Shown: positions 10,031-20,714 of the stretch, piece by piece
Numbering within the stretch: the first letter of the stretch is position 1
Layout: every line of letters begins with the position of its first letter
Assembly (NCBI RefSeq): GCF_006345805.1
Contig: NW_021832802.1
Coordinates: 1-32,290 of the forward strand
Direction: 5' to 3'
Length of the DNA: 32,290 nucleotides
Source of the DNA: Octopus sinensis
Taxonomy: Eukaryota
Notes under the pieces: model-generated
Told to the model about the DNA's origin: nothing
The model's input: the letters and a program-made list of their open reading frames with translations, nothing else
The model's database searches: none
Position numbers and translations under genes: made by a program

Positions 10031-10183
10031 GTGTTTTGTACGTGCTTAGACAAGAGGTAAAATTCTGATGAGTAGAGATTGCAACGAAGTTTTGGTAGCA
10101 GTCAAAACACTGACACTTAATCGATATCATAAAACAAAAACATAAACAGACAAATTTACAAGATATGATACACGGTAAGATTG

Positions 10184-10628
10184 CTCTTTACTCTTTTACT
10201 CTTTTATTTGTTTCAGTCATTTGACTGCGGCCATGCTGGAGCATCGCCTTTAGTCGAGCAATTCGACCCCGGGACTTATTCTTTGTAAGCCCAGTACTTA
10301 TTCTATCGGTCTCTTTTGCCGAACCGCTAAGTGACGGGGACGTAAACACACCAGCAACGGTTGTCAAGCAATGCTAGGGGGACAAACACAGACAACAAAC
10401 ACACACACCACCACACACACCACACACACATATATATATATATATATTATATATATATATATATACGACAGGCTTCTTTCAGTTTCCGTCTACCAAATCC
10501 ACTCACAAGGCATTGGTCGGCCAGGGGCTATAGCAGAAGACACTTGCCCAAGATGCCAGGCAGTGGGACTGAACCCGGAACCATGTGGTTGGTTAGCAAG
10601 CTACTTACCACACGGCCACTCCTGCGCC
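10184..10628 (-). mobile_element. Family B SINE, full length
   Basis: Minus strand GGCGCAGGAGTGGCCGTGTGG...GGTTCAGTCCC...internal (TA)n(TG)n...(AAAAGAGT)n tail. Confidence 0.95.
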
Positions 10629-10770
10629 TATAGAATTTTTTGTTTTAAGAAATGAAACTAACAGTAACATTGTTGAAAAATTAGTAACGTTTAAGAATCG
10701 AGACCAATGGAAGTAGTGAATCCGCAATCACATTGGGTAGCAAAGCAAACATCTTAATATCATAGTCATA

Positions 10771-11195
10771 GGCGCAGGAGTGGCTGTGTGGTAAGTAGCT
10801 TGCTAACAAACCACATGGTTCCGGGTTCAGTCCCACTGCGTGGCATCTTGGGAAAGTGTCTTCTGCTATAGTCCCGGGCCGACCAATGCCTTGTGAGTGG
10901 ATTTGGTAGACGGAAACTGAAAGAAGCCTGTCGTATATATGTATATATATATAATATTATGTGTATGTGTGTGTATATGTTTGTGTGTCTGTGTTTGTCC
11001 CCCTAGCATTGCTTGACAACCGATGCTGGTGTGTTTACGTCCCCGTCACTTAGCGGTTCGGCAAAAAGAGACCGATAGAATAAGTACTGGGCTTACACAA
11101 AAGAATAAGTCCCGGGGTCGATTTGCTCGACTAAAGGCGGTGCTCCAGCATGGCCGCAGTCAAATGACTGAAACAAGTAAAAGGGTAAAAGAGTA
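10771..11195 (+). mobile_element. Family B SINE, full length
   Basis: GGCGCAGGAGTGGCTGTGTGG head, GGTTCAGTCCC B-box, AAAAGGGTAAAAGAGTA tail. Confidence 0.95.
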
Positions 11196-11850
11196 TACCT
11201 ACGACTAAGTTTTTTCTCAACAACCATAGATTTTTCAAGAGCGTTATAAATTGTTATAATATTTAGGAAGCAGGGTAAGGGTACTTACGGAAGGCCATGA
11301 TTTCGATACAGTTTAGATATCCATTGAAATACCGACACGCAAAAGGGTTAAGATTAACCGGAAGCAAAAGGAAGTAATAAGGTGCAAAACTCCTTGAAGG
11401 CTAAGACTTCGATGATGCTGCTATATCCAGATCGTACATTCTTTGTCGTTAAATTCTAAATTGTTCGTCAACAGATGAATATTATATTTCCAATTATTCG
11501 CGGATCGTAAATTAAGTTATTAAAAGGTTATAAAGATGGTTAGAGCAAATTAGATAAGGTATGCCTCTCTCGGGAGAGGAAACTAGAAGACAAATTAAAT
11601 TTCCCTGCAATATTGCAATTAACGAGTGTAAACAAGGACTTGAAAGCGCAACGCATGCGCGCTAGGAGCAAAAAAGGAAAAGAAGGAAATATGTTCTTAC
11701 GGATAAACATTCGAGTAATTTATCCTGAGACATATTACACAAAATGTAGTGTCAACAGAAACGAGGTTGAAATGCATGGGGTGTTGCGTTCGAATAGCGT
11801 CAAATTATATATATAAATTATATATATATATATAAATATATATATATATA

Positions 11851-11884
<34 letters not shown>

Positions 11885-11910
11885 CTGTGTGTGTGTGTGT
11901 GTGTCTGTAT

Positions 11911-12218
11911 GTGGAGGCGCAATGGCCTAGTGGTTAGGGGAGCGGACTCGCGGTCGTAGGATCGCGGTTTCGATTCCCAGACCGGGCGTTGTGAGTGTTT
12001 ATTGAGCGAAAACACCTAAAAAGCTCCCCGAGGCTCCGGCAGGGGGTGGTGATTCCTGCTGTAATCTTTCACCACACTTTCTCCCACTCTTTCTTCTGTT
12101 GGCCTGCTCGCTTAGCCATCAGGGTGGCGTCATTCGAAGGCTAAAACAATGCGAACGCATTGTGACCAGCTATGTGTAACAACATCTGATGGTCTGGTCG
12201 GTCACGTGATCACGTGAT
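11911..12218 (+). mobile_element. Family C SINE, full length
   Basis: GTGGAGGCGCAATGGCCTAGTGG head and CACGTGATCACGTGAT tail. Confidence 0.95.
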
Positions 12219-12294
12219 ATATATATTTATATATATTTACACACATAAAATTAAGTGGAATGACCACTAAAGAGGACACATAATATGCTAAACA

Positions 12295-12730
12295 TAGACG
12301 TCAAATCGCCATTACCACGAAGAATGGGTTTCTTGAGAATACACTCTTCGTGGTAATGGCGATATGACGTCTAGGATCTTTTCGGTTTGAACGGCAGTTT
12401 TTTTCTAGCGGTGTCATATGAAATTGTCACCCATAATTATGACCCTAGTATCGATCTATTGTATTTCAATCTGCTTTAGGATTAGTTAGGGTTGGTTAGG
12501 GTTAGGGGTATCTTTTTTTCTTCACAAATGTAAATAAACCCAATCTGTTTCTTAAACGAGAGACATATTCATACGGCACAGAATGCTTTTTAAGTCAATA
12601 GACGTATTTGATTGCTTGAAATTGCAGAAATTGAAGAAAAAAACAACAAATATCTTACAAACAATAGAATTTTCTCAATAAACCCATGACAAAATGATGT
12701 TTTATAAACACATTCAACCAGTATACACAC
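12295..12730. mobile_element. Unclassified interspersed repeat starting with a 29-bp hairpin and containing TTAGGG motifs
   Basis: Inverted arms 12295-12323 and 12345-12373 (28/29 match); TTAGGG at 12486, 12496, 12502; right boundary uncertain. Confidence 0.45.
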
Positions 12731-12735
12731 ATCTC

Positions 12736-12802
12736 CCGGTCTGAGATTCGATACTGTGATCCCTCGACTGCTAGTCCGCTGCTCTAACCACTAGGTAATG
12801 TG

Positions 12803-12806
<4 letters not shown>
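12736..12806 (-). mobile_element. Degraded C/E-like tRNA head
   Basis: Minus strand AGAGGCACATTACCTAGTGGTTAGAGCAGCGGACTAGCAGTCGAGGGATCACAGTATCGAATCTCAGACCGGG. Confidence 0.7.
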
Positions 12807-12872
<66 letters not shown>

Positions 12873-12899
12873 TGTGTATGTATGTGTGTGTGAGTGAGT

Positions 12900-13095
12900 G
12901 TATGTTTTGTGCTTGTGTCCCACCTCGTTCAACAACCGCCGTTGGAATGTTTGCATCCCCGTAACTTAGCAGTTCGGCAAGAGAAACCATAGAATAAGTA
13001 CCAAGCTTATCAAAACGTTCTGGGGTCGATTAAATTCACTAAAAATTCTCCAAGACGGTGCACAGCATGGTCGCAGTCTAATGAGTGAAACAAGA
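12900..13095 (+). mobile_element. Family B-related SINE 3' half, diverged
   Basis: CCCCGTAACTTAGCAGTTCGGCAA...ATAGAATAAGTACC...CAGCATGGTCGCAGTC..TGAAACAAG. Confidence 0.75.
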
Positions 13096-13108
13096 TATAT
13101 ATACATAC

Positions 13109-13150
<42 letters not shown>

Positions 13151-13153
<3 letters not shown>

Positions 13154-13264
13154 TGTACATTTAAACACATAAGAGATGGCCATAACAGGACATCTGACTC
13201 GCTAGAAAGAGTAGATATCAGATGTCCTGTTATGGTCATCTCTTATGTGTTTAAACGTACACTG
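13151..13264. mobile_element. Foldback MITE-like element in TA context (Tc1/mariner-type ends)
   Basis: TA|CAGTGTAC...GTACACTG|TA; arms 13148-13197 and 13218-13267 have 2 mismatches in 50 bp. Confidence 0.75.
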
Positions 13265-13486
13265 TATTTTTATATGAATATATATAGTCTATTGATTAAT
13301 TTTCTTCTCGCTACCCTGAGATTTATATATATATCTATATATATATATATATATATATATATGTTATATATAGTATATATATATGTAATAATGTGTATTA
13401 TATTATATGTGTATATATTATAATATATATCTATATATATATATATATATTATATATATATATATATAATATATATATACACATAT

Positions 13487-13650
13487 ATTCTCTGCTTGTT
13501 TCTCTCTTTGTGTTTTCTGTGTACCTTTCTGTAGAAGAGCTTAGGCTCGAAACATAAAAGACTTTTTCTGTTCCTGAGCGCTATACTAATACATCTGTTT
13601 GTTTTGTACACCACCTGTCTTCGTTTTTTTTGTTTTTTTTCGTAACTTTC

Positions 13651-13652
<2 letters not shown>
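13487..13652 (+). mobile_element. Short repeat between (TA)n tracts carrying a hammerhead-like motif; possibly a Penelope-like pseudo-LTR or retrozyme fragment
   Basis: Homologous to 25932-26128 (-) and about 28760-28895 (-); motif CTGTAGA-A-GAGC-TTAG-GCTC-GAAA-CATA; no RT or endonuclease ORF seen. Confidence 0.5.
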
Positions 13653-13704
<52 letters not shown>

Positions 13705-14630
13705 TGTGCGGGTATGTACAAATGCAGATATTCATATATAATGAGAACTAGCATAATCTTGTTTCATCGTTTATTCAATGTCACAAAGAATGGACAGTGT
13801 GCAATTTCGAAGCGTCTTAAACTACGTCGTCTCGGCAAAAATACCCCCCACACCAACACTACTACTACTACTACTACTACAACAACAAAAACAACAGCGA
13901 TAGTAACGATAAGACTAACACCCTTGTTTAAGCTGTTATTAAATTGTAGATATTTCTGTAAAGACAGTAAATACGTTGACCAATTATTCCTGTAAATGCC
14001 GGCAGTTAAATGTATAGATTTGGCTGAAGTTTTCAAAGACCTCTTTACAGCGGACATCTTTTATATCTGCCTCGTTCGAAAATGCCATGTCACTGCCGCC
14101 ACACCTCGAAACTAAGGTAATTAGAAGAGAAAACTTCGACATAGGCAACAATTTGGTAAACGCTTATGAAAGAATTAGAACTTACTACACCTTCATTTTC
14201 CTACCTTAATAATTTTATTATTTTCTTATTTTTTCATTTTCTTCGTGCAGCAACATTATATAATCGTTTTAACCATCGTATTTGACAAAATTATTTTATG
14301 TGCAAATTTCTTATTCGGCTTCATTTTCGCCATTTCTCCTGCAGCTGATGTCTCAATTTATCGTCTGCTGCTCTTTTTGAACTCGGAAAAGATTTTACTT
14401 CGCTTGATTGCTATAGATTTTTCTCCTGCGTCATATATTGTACTTCACCTCTTTCTTTAGAGCAGCTGTACTATTTGAAGCTAATCTCGATACAATTCGT
14501 CTACTGACTCTTTGAAGGACAAACGGCATCTCTAACGTTGTAACGCTCACTGCACAAACGACCGCAATGCACTGATACCTGGACTTCCTTGTTACTTATT
14601 TAGTTTATATATATATATATATATATATAA

Positions 14631-14730
14631 GTGAACATGTTTACGAAGTCAGAAAACAACTCACCTCCCATGACTTTCGAAAACATTTTTTCACGCTAAG
14701 AGTTGCTGAAGCATGGAACAAACTGCCGGC
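14631..14730 (+). mobile_element. CR1-type LINE ORF2 fragment, diverged duplicate of 14910-15009
   Basis: Encodes HVYEVRKQLTSHDFRKHFFTLRVAEAWNKLPA. Confidence 0.85.
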
Positions 14731-14770
14731 TGAGAGATGGTTGATGTGAGAGGCAGAGAGTGATGTGGGA

Positions 14771-15240
14771 GAACGCCTTACTTCCCTGGGCATGGCCACA
14801 TTGAAACTCCGACGTAGGGCAACTGACTTGGCAGACACCCATAAAATTATTAACCACCTTACATACAATAACTCTGAGCACCTTTTCAAACTCCACCTGT
14901 CTAACACCCGTGGACATGTTTACAAAGTCAGAAAAGAGCACAGCTCCCATGACTTTCGGAAACATTTATTCACGCTGAGAGTTGCTGAAGCATGGAACCA
15001 ACTGCCGGCATCAGTTTTTAGTTGTCGGAGCACTGCATCCTTCAAAACTTCCATGTTTCCTGAGATTCGCCAATACTACACCTGATTTTCTCCCTTCCAT
15101 ACACACGCAAGCATGTATCTGACTCATACACTGTTCACTTCCCAGACATTTGTACATTACTGCATGTACTTTATATGCACTTTCTGACAAGTTGTGATGC
15201 ACCTGAGTACTGTATACAATAATTTCATTATAATTATATT
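14771..15240 (+). mobile_element. 5'-truncated CR1/L2-type LINE: ORF2 C-terminus (ORF 14765-15085) plus 3' UTR
   Basis: ERLTSLG..TL..RR..TDL...HKII...TRGHVYKVRK....FRKHLFTLRVAEAWNQLP.....FK matches the conserved post-RT C-terminus of CR1-clade ORF2. Confidence 0.85.
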
Positions 15241-15274
15241 CATATATATACACACATGTATATACATATATATA

Positions 15275-15310
<36 letters not shown>

Positions 15311-15312
<2 letters not shown>

Positions 15313-15478
15313 CGACAGGCTTCTTTCAGTTTCCGTCTGAACCATGTGGTTCCGGGTTCAGTCCCACTGCGTGGCATCTTGGGCAAATGTCTTCTGCTAT
15401 TGCCTCGGGCCGACAAATGCCTTGTGAGTGGATTTGGTAGACGGAAACTGAAAGAAGCCTGTCGTATATATATATATA

Positions 15479-15526
<48 letters not shown>

Positions 15527-15600
15527 TTGTGCGTCTGTGTTTGTCCCCCTAGCATTGCTTGACAACTGATGCTGGTGTGTTTACGTCCCCGTCACTTGGC
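15311..15600 (+). mobile_element. Family B SINE, truncated at both ends, with a 28-bp inverted copy at its 5' junction
   Basis: 15311-15338 is the exact reverse complement of 15439-15466. Confidence 0.85.
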
Positions 15601-15643
15601 ATATACTTATATATATATATATATATACTTATATATTATAATA

Positions 15644-15702
15644 TACATTCAAAAATATAAGGAATGGCCATAATAGGACATCCGACTCACTAGAAAGAGC
15701 AG
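15644..15702 (+). mobile_element. Fragment homologous to the left arm and loop of the 13151 MITE
   Basis: TACATT..AA...ATAAGGAATGGCCATAATAGGACATCCGACTCACTAGAAAGAGCAG aligns with 13156-13214. Confidence 0.6.
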
Positions 15703-16046
15703 TTAAGCTCCAAACCACTAATAGTTGTAATTCTGAAATGGAAAGAGAAATAAAAACGTTTACTTTCTCCTTTCTGGACTATGCATAGTTTCGGCAATCT
15801 TTAGTAAATAAAATAAATTTATTTACCACTGGCGTTGCCTCTTCAGCAGAAAGCCAAGGACTACCATATAGTCACGAAGCGATAGTAACCGTGCCTCGAG
15901 TCTATATGCTATAAATTTTCAAAATTCACCACACTCGCGTGGTTTTCTCAGCAGCAAATATAAACTGCCGATTTAATTTCAAAATTAGCCCAAAAAATCA
16001 TTAATTAATAAATTTTAGGGTAGCAAAAAATTCTAGAAAAATTCTT

Positions 16047-16135
16047 ATATATATATGTATATATATATGCTTATATATATATATGTATATGTATATATAT
16101 GTATATATATATATATATATATATACTTATATATG

Positions 16136-16171
<36 letters not shown>

Positions 16172-16490
16172 CTTATATATGTAATATATATATATAGGTA
16201 TATATATATTTATATATATATATGTATATATAATATTATATATATATATTATATATATATATAAATTTATATATATATATGATATATATAATGTATATAT
16301 ATTATATATATTTATATATATATTTATATATATATATATATATATTGTATATATATATATATATTATATATTTATATATATATATTTTTATATATATAGT
16401 ATTTATATATATATGTATATATATAAATAATTATATATATGTATAATATATGTATATTATATATATATATTATGTATATATATATATAAG

Positions 16491-16522
<32 letters not shown>

Positions 16523-16565
16523 TAAACTTATATTATATATAGGTATATTATATGTGTGTGTGTGT
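16047..16565. repeat. Long imperfect (TA)n microsatellite
   Basis: Direct reading. Confidence 0.95.
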
Positions 16566-17019
16566 ATGACTGAATATCAATTTGACCATTTGTGAGTGTG
16601 TGCATATATATCCGCGTGTGCATGCTAGTGTATATGTGTGTAACATGTATGTGTATTTGGGATATTTACAGCATCTTAAAAGTTTTGGGATTATGATATT
16701 ATTTCGTACATAACGTTGAAGAGATAACGTTTAATAGCTGTAAATTATGGAGAGCTTATATGCGAGTGTCGTTAAAAATGTCGACGCTGGAATTATTTAG
16801 GAAAGAAAAGAAGAAAAATTAAAGAATAAATGAAAACAACAACAATAAAAATAGACAAAGCAAAGTAAAACAAAATATAAGCAATGAATAAATAAATAAA
16901 TAAATGTGGAATGACATATCCTTTTGTATTCTTATAGGATTGTTAATTTTTCTTTCGTCTAATTAATATCAAAAATAAGTAAATATGTAAATTAAAAAAA
17001 ATGAAATATAATTAAACAA

Positions 17020-17315
17020 TGAATCCTCCTCCTCATCATCATCATCACCATCACATCATCATCATCACTATCACCACCAGCATCACTATCACAGCACTAC
17101 AACCGCCGCGACCACCACCACCACCACTACCATGATCTTAATCAACACCATCATCATTAACAATAATATAACTTGCATGGTACCAAAGTTAGAAATTATT
17201 ATTATTATTATTATTATTATTGTTATAATTATTATTATTATCATTATTATTATTATCATCATTATCATTATCATTATTATTACCATTATGATTATTATTA
17301 TTATCATCATTATCC

Positions 17316-17361
<46 letters not shown>

Positions 17362-17362
17362 C
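17020..17362. repeat. (CAT)n/(CAC)n followed by (ATT)n microsatellite
   Basis: Direct reading. Confidence 0.9.
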
Positions 17363-18174
17363 AATTTTGTTAATGTTGCTGTTGTTATTTTATTTTGAAA
17401 TTTATCGCTTTTCAGTTATCAAATTTTTATATATTTTATATTCATTATACATGTTTTTTTAAAATTTCATTTAAAATTATTTTCTTATTTCAATAATTTT
17501 ATTTATCTTTTATTTTTAAATCGTTAAAATTCAGGAAGCCAGGATTATTGTTAGTTAGTATTAACGCCAATAATGGGCTTAATGCTGTTATTGAAATAAA
17601 CGGCGTTTATGTAGGACAAAAAAAATATACAGAAAAAATAAAGAAATAAAGACAACTAAAATGGCGGTTTGTGTACAAATGTGTATCTATATATATGTGT
17701 GTGTATGAGTGAATGAGCGGTTGGTGTGTGTATTTAAAAATGTTTTTGACTGGGTATTATACGATGGTTATTGATTTTGGCGATAAACGATGGCGAAGTT
17801 TATATAGTATTTGTTGTTGCATTTTTTTGTATTCTCCATTTTGTTTCAATTTTTATTTGATTTATTTCCTTCGTATTAAGATATCAACAGTTCCGCAAGC
17901 TTAACTGGATAAACATACGCACGCGCAAACACATACCTGCATACACACATTCACATACAGGCGCGTACAAACGCAGACACAATGCAGGCAGACACGAACA
18001 CTCACGTGTACACATAAATACGTATACACATATGCAAGTAAATGCATTCATATACACACACACACACACGCACACACACGCGTAACTAGGAAAGAATGGT
18101 ACATAAGATATGTAGTGGAGTTATTTCTTCGTTCAAAATTGACAAGACAAGAAACCGAGAGCAGCAGATAGTGT

Positions 18175-19085
18175 ATAGATGCATGCATACATACATAGAT
18201 ACATACATACATACATACATACATAATACTTACATACATACATACATGCATACATACATACATGCATACATGCATATATACATGCACACATACATACATA
18301 CATGCATGCATACATACATGCATGCATGCATACATACATGCATGCATGCATACATGCATACATAATACATGCATGCATACATACATGCATGCATACATAC
18401 ATGCATACATACATACATACATGCATGCATACATACATGCATGCATACATACATGCATACATGCATACATACATACATACATGCATACACACATACGTAA
18501 CATACATACATACATATATACATACATGCATACATACATATATGCATGCATACATAATACATACATACATACATGATTATATACATACATGCATACATAC
18601 ATGCATGCATGCATACATACGTACGTACGTAGATACATACATGCATACATACATACATGCATACATGCTTTCATGCATACATACATACATGCATACATGC
18701 ATACATACATACATGCAGGCAAACATACATACATACATACATGCATACATACATACATACATGCATACATACAATATACATACATACATACATACATACA
18801 TACATACATACATACATGCATACATACATACATACATACATACATACATACATGCATACATACATACATACATGCATACATACATACATACATACATACA
18901 TACATACATGCATACATACATGCATACATACATACATACATGCATGTATGCATACACACATACATACATACACACACGCATCCACATCCACACACACACA
19001 CACATATATATATATATACATATATACATATATACATACTCACACACACATATATACACATACACATACATATATGTATGTATAT
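18175..19085. repeat. (CATA)n/(CATG)n tetranucleotide array, about 900 bp
   Basis: Direct reading; source of the 300-aa MYVC/HTYI ORFs. Confidence 0.95.
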
Positions 19086-19851
19086 CTATACCCTTCTCTG
19101 TGTCTATATATATTATGTGCATAACGACATCCAGCTACATTCTACATTGTGAACGATATAAAAACGTAAACTCCATTCTGACTATATATCTGCATACAAA
19201 CATACATATATGCATACATATGTGCATACACACACATAAACGTACTTGCGTACATAACATGGCCTAGATGTGCCTCTGCAGGTCATACAGTAACTTATTT
19301 ACAAATATACATACGAACTTCAGAGCGAGATAAGATTAAACACACTACCATATATAGCAATCCACGAAATTCACATATTATACGGCTTAAGTATATACAC
19401 ACAAACACAGTTATATACTGCCTCACAATTTCATACACGTGTAAAATTGTTGTATCTATTGCCTTCCTTAATATATTAAAGTGCTAAAGCTGTTTCTTAA
19501 AAAAAAAAGAAATAAAGAAATAGAAATTCCCTGTCAACGGTGTTGTAAAAGCCATATTTCAAAATGGCAGCCAGACCTTAACACAAACAGGTTTACGATC
19601 AAATGTATATCAGCCATTACTACCGAGGTGTTATTTCTCAAATATATGCTATTTCTTTGACGAAAGAATGAGACTTTAGACAGCAGGCATAGCTTTGTCG
19701 AATGACTGTTTTAAGCTCTCTGTTCATGGATATATGAACTATAGGTCGTACAAGGTGTTTAGTTTGTGGGCGTGTGTGTAGATGACTGTAAATGTGTGGA
19801 TGTTATCCAAAGGTGTGTTGTTCCCGTAAGTAGCGTCACACTCTTTGCTAA

Positions 19852-20123
19852 TATAAAATAATAATAAATGCGTCCTTTTAAAGCCTAGCTAGGCTCATGA
19901 GCCCGGTTTCCCGGTTTCTATGGCGTATGTGTTCCCCAGCTGGACCGGACGCCAGTCCATCGCAGCGTTACTCATTTTTGCCAGCTGAGTGGACTGGAGC
20001 CACGTGAACTGAAGTGTTTTGCTCAAAAACACAACGCGTCGCCCGATCCAGGAATCGAAACCACAATCTTACGATCATGATGCTGACACCCTAACCTCTA
20101 AGCCACGCGCCTCCACACACACA

Positions 20124-20183
<60 letters not shown>

Positions 20184-20319
20184 CACTCACAAAAAAGAAT
20201 GTTGGAACTTTGTCACTAGTGTTTTGCTCAAGAACACAACGCGTCGCCCGATCCAGGAATCGAAACCACAATCTCACGATCATGATGCTGACACCCTAAC
20301 CACTAAGCCACGCGCCTCT
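19852..20319 (-). mobile_element. Family D SINE with a duplicated 5' head inside one 14-bp TSD
   Basis: Body plus head 19869-20116, second head 20218-20319; TSD ACACTCTTTGCTAA at 19838-19851 and 20320-20333. Confidence 0.9.
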
Positions 20320-20714
20320 ACACTCTTTGCTAAACATTATCATAATTTATTTCATCGTCCAAAGATCTATAGTTGATGTGGAAACCTTAGAAAAAGACCC
20401 TAAATTTAGTGTGTTGGTGTATCTCAGCCAACATAGTTGTGGTCTAGTACAAATAGGCCACACGGTAGTATAGAGACGGGCTCGTAAATGCAGCTTTGTA
20501 TGAATGCAAGATTCTTTGGGTATGAATAGACTTTTATTATAGTTTATATAGATGCGAAAACGCAGAGCCCATAACTTTCTTTGGGGCTCCGAGGTCATTC
20601 CGGAATGCTTGAGACGGAATGAACTTCACCAAATGCAGCCAAGGATGAGGTCAAAGGGCTAAAATGCTTCTCATATTGGATTATTCAAGAGAAAGGATCC
20701 CCAAATTCCTCCAG

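Noticed and set aside
12476-12508. Interstitial telomere from a chromosome fusion
   Set aside because: Only three exact repeats, no head-to-head inversion, and embedded in what looks like an interspersed repeat.
14765-15085. Host protein-coding gene
   Set aside because: It is the C-terminal end of a CR1-type ORF2; the ATG lies in the non-LINE linker and the RT domain is absent.
18048-19267. ORFs of 339 and 321 aa (MYVC/HTYI repeats)
   Set aside because: Products of the (CATA)n/(CATG)n array; overlapping ORFs on both strands show that stop codons are simply absent.
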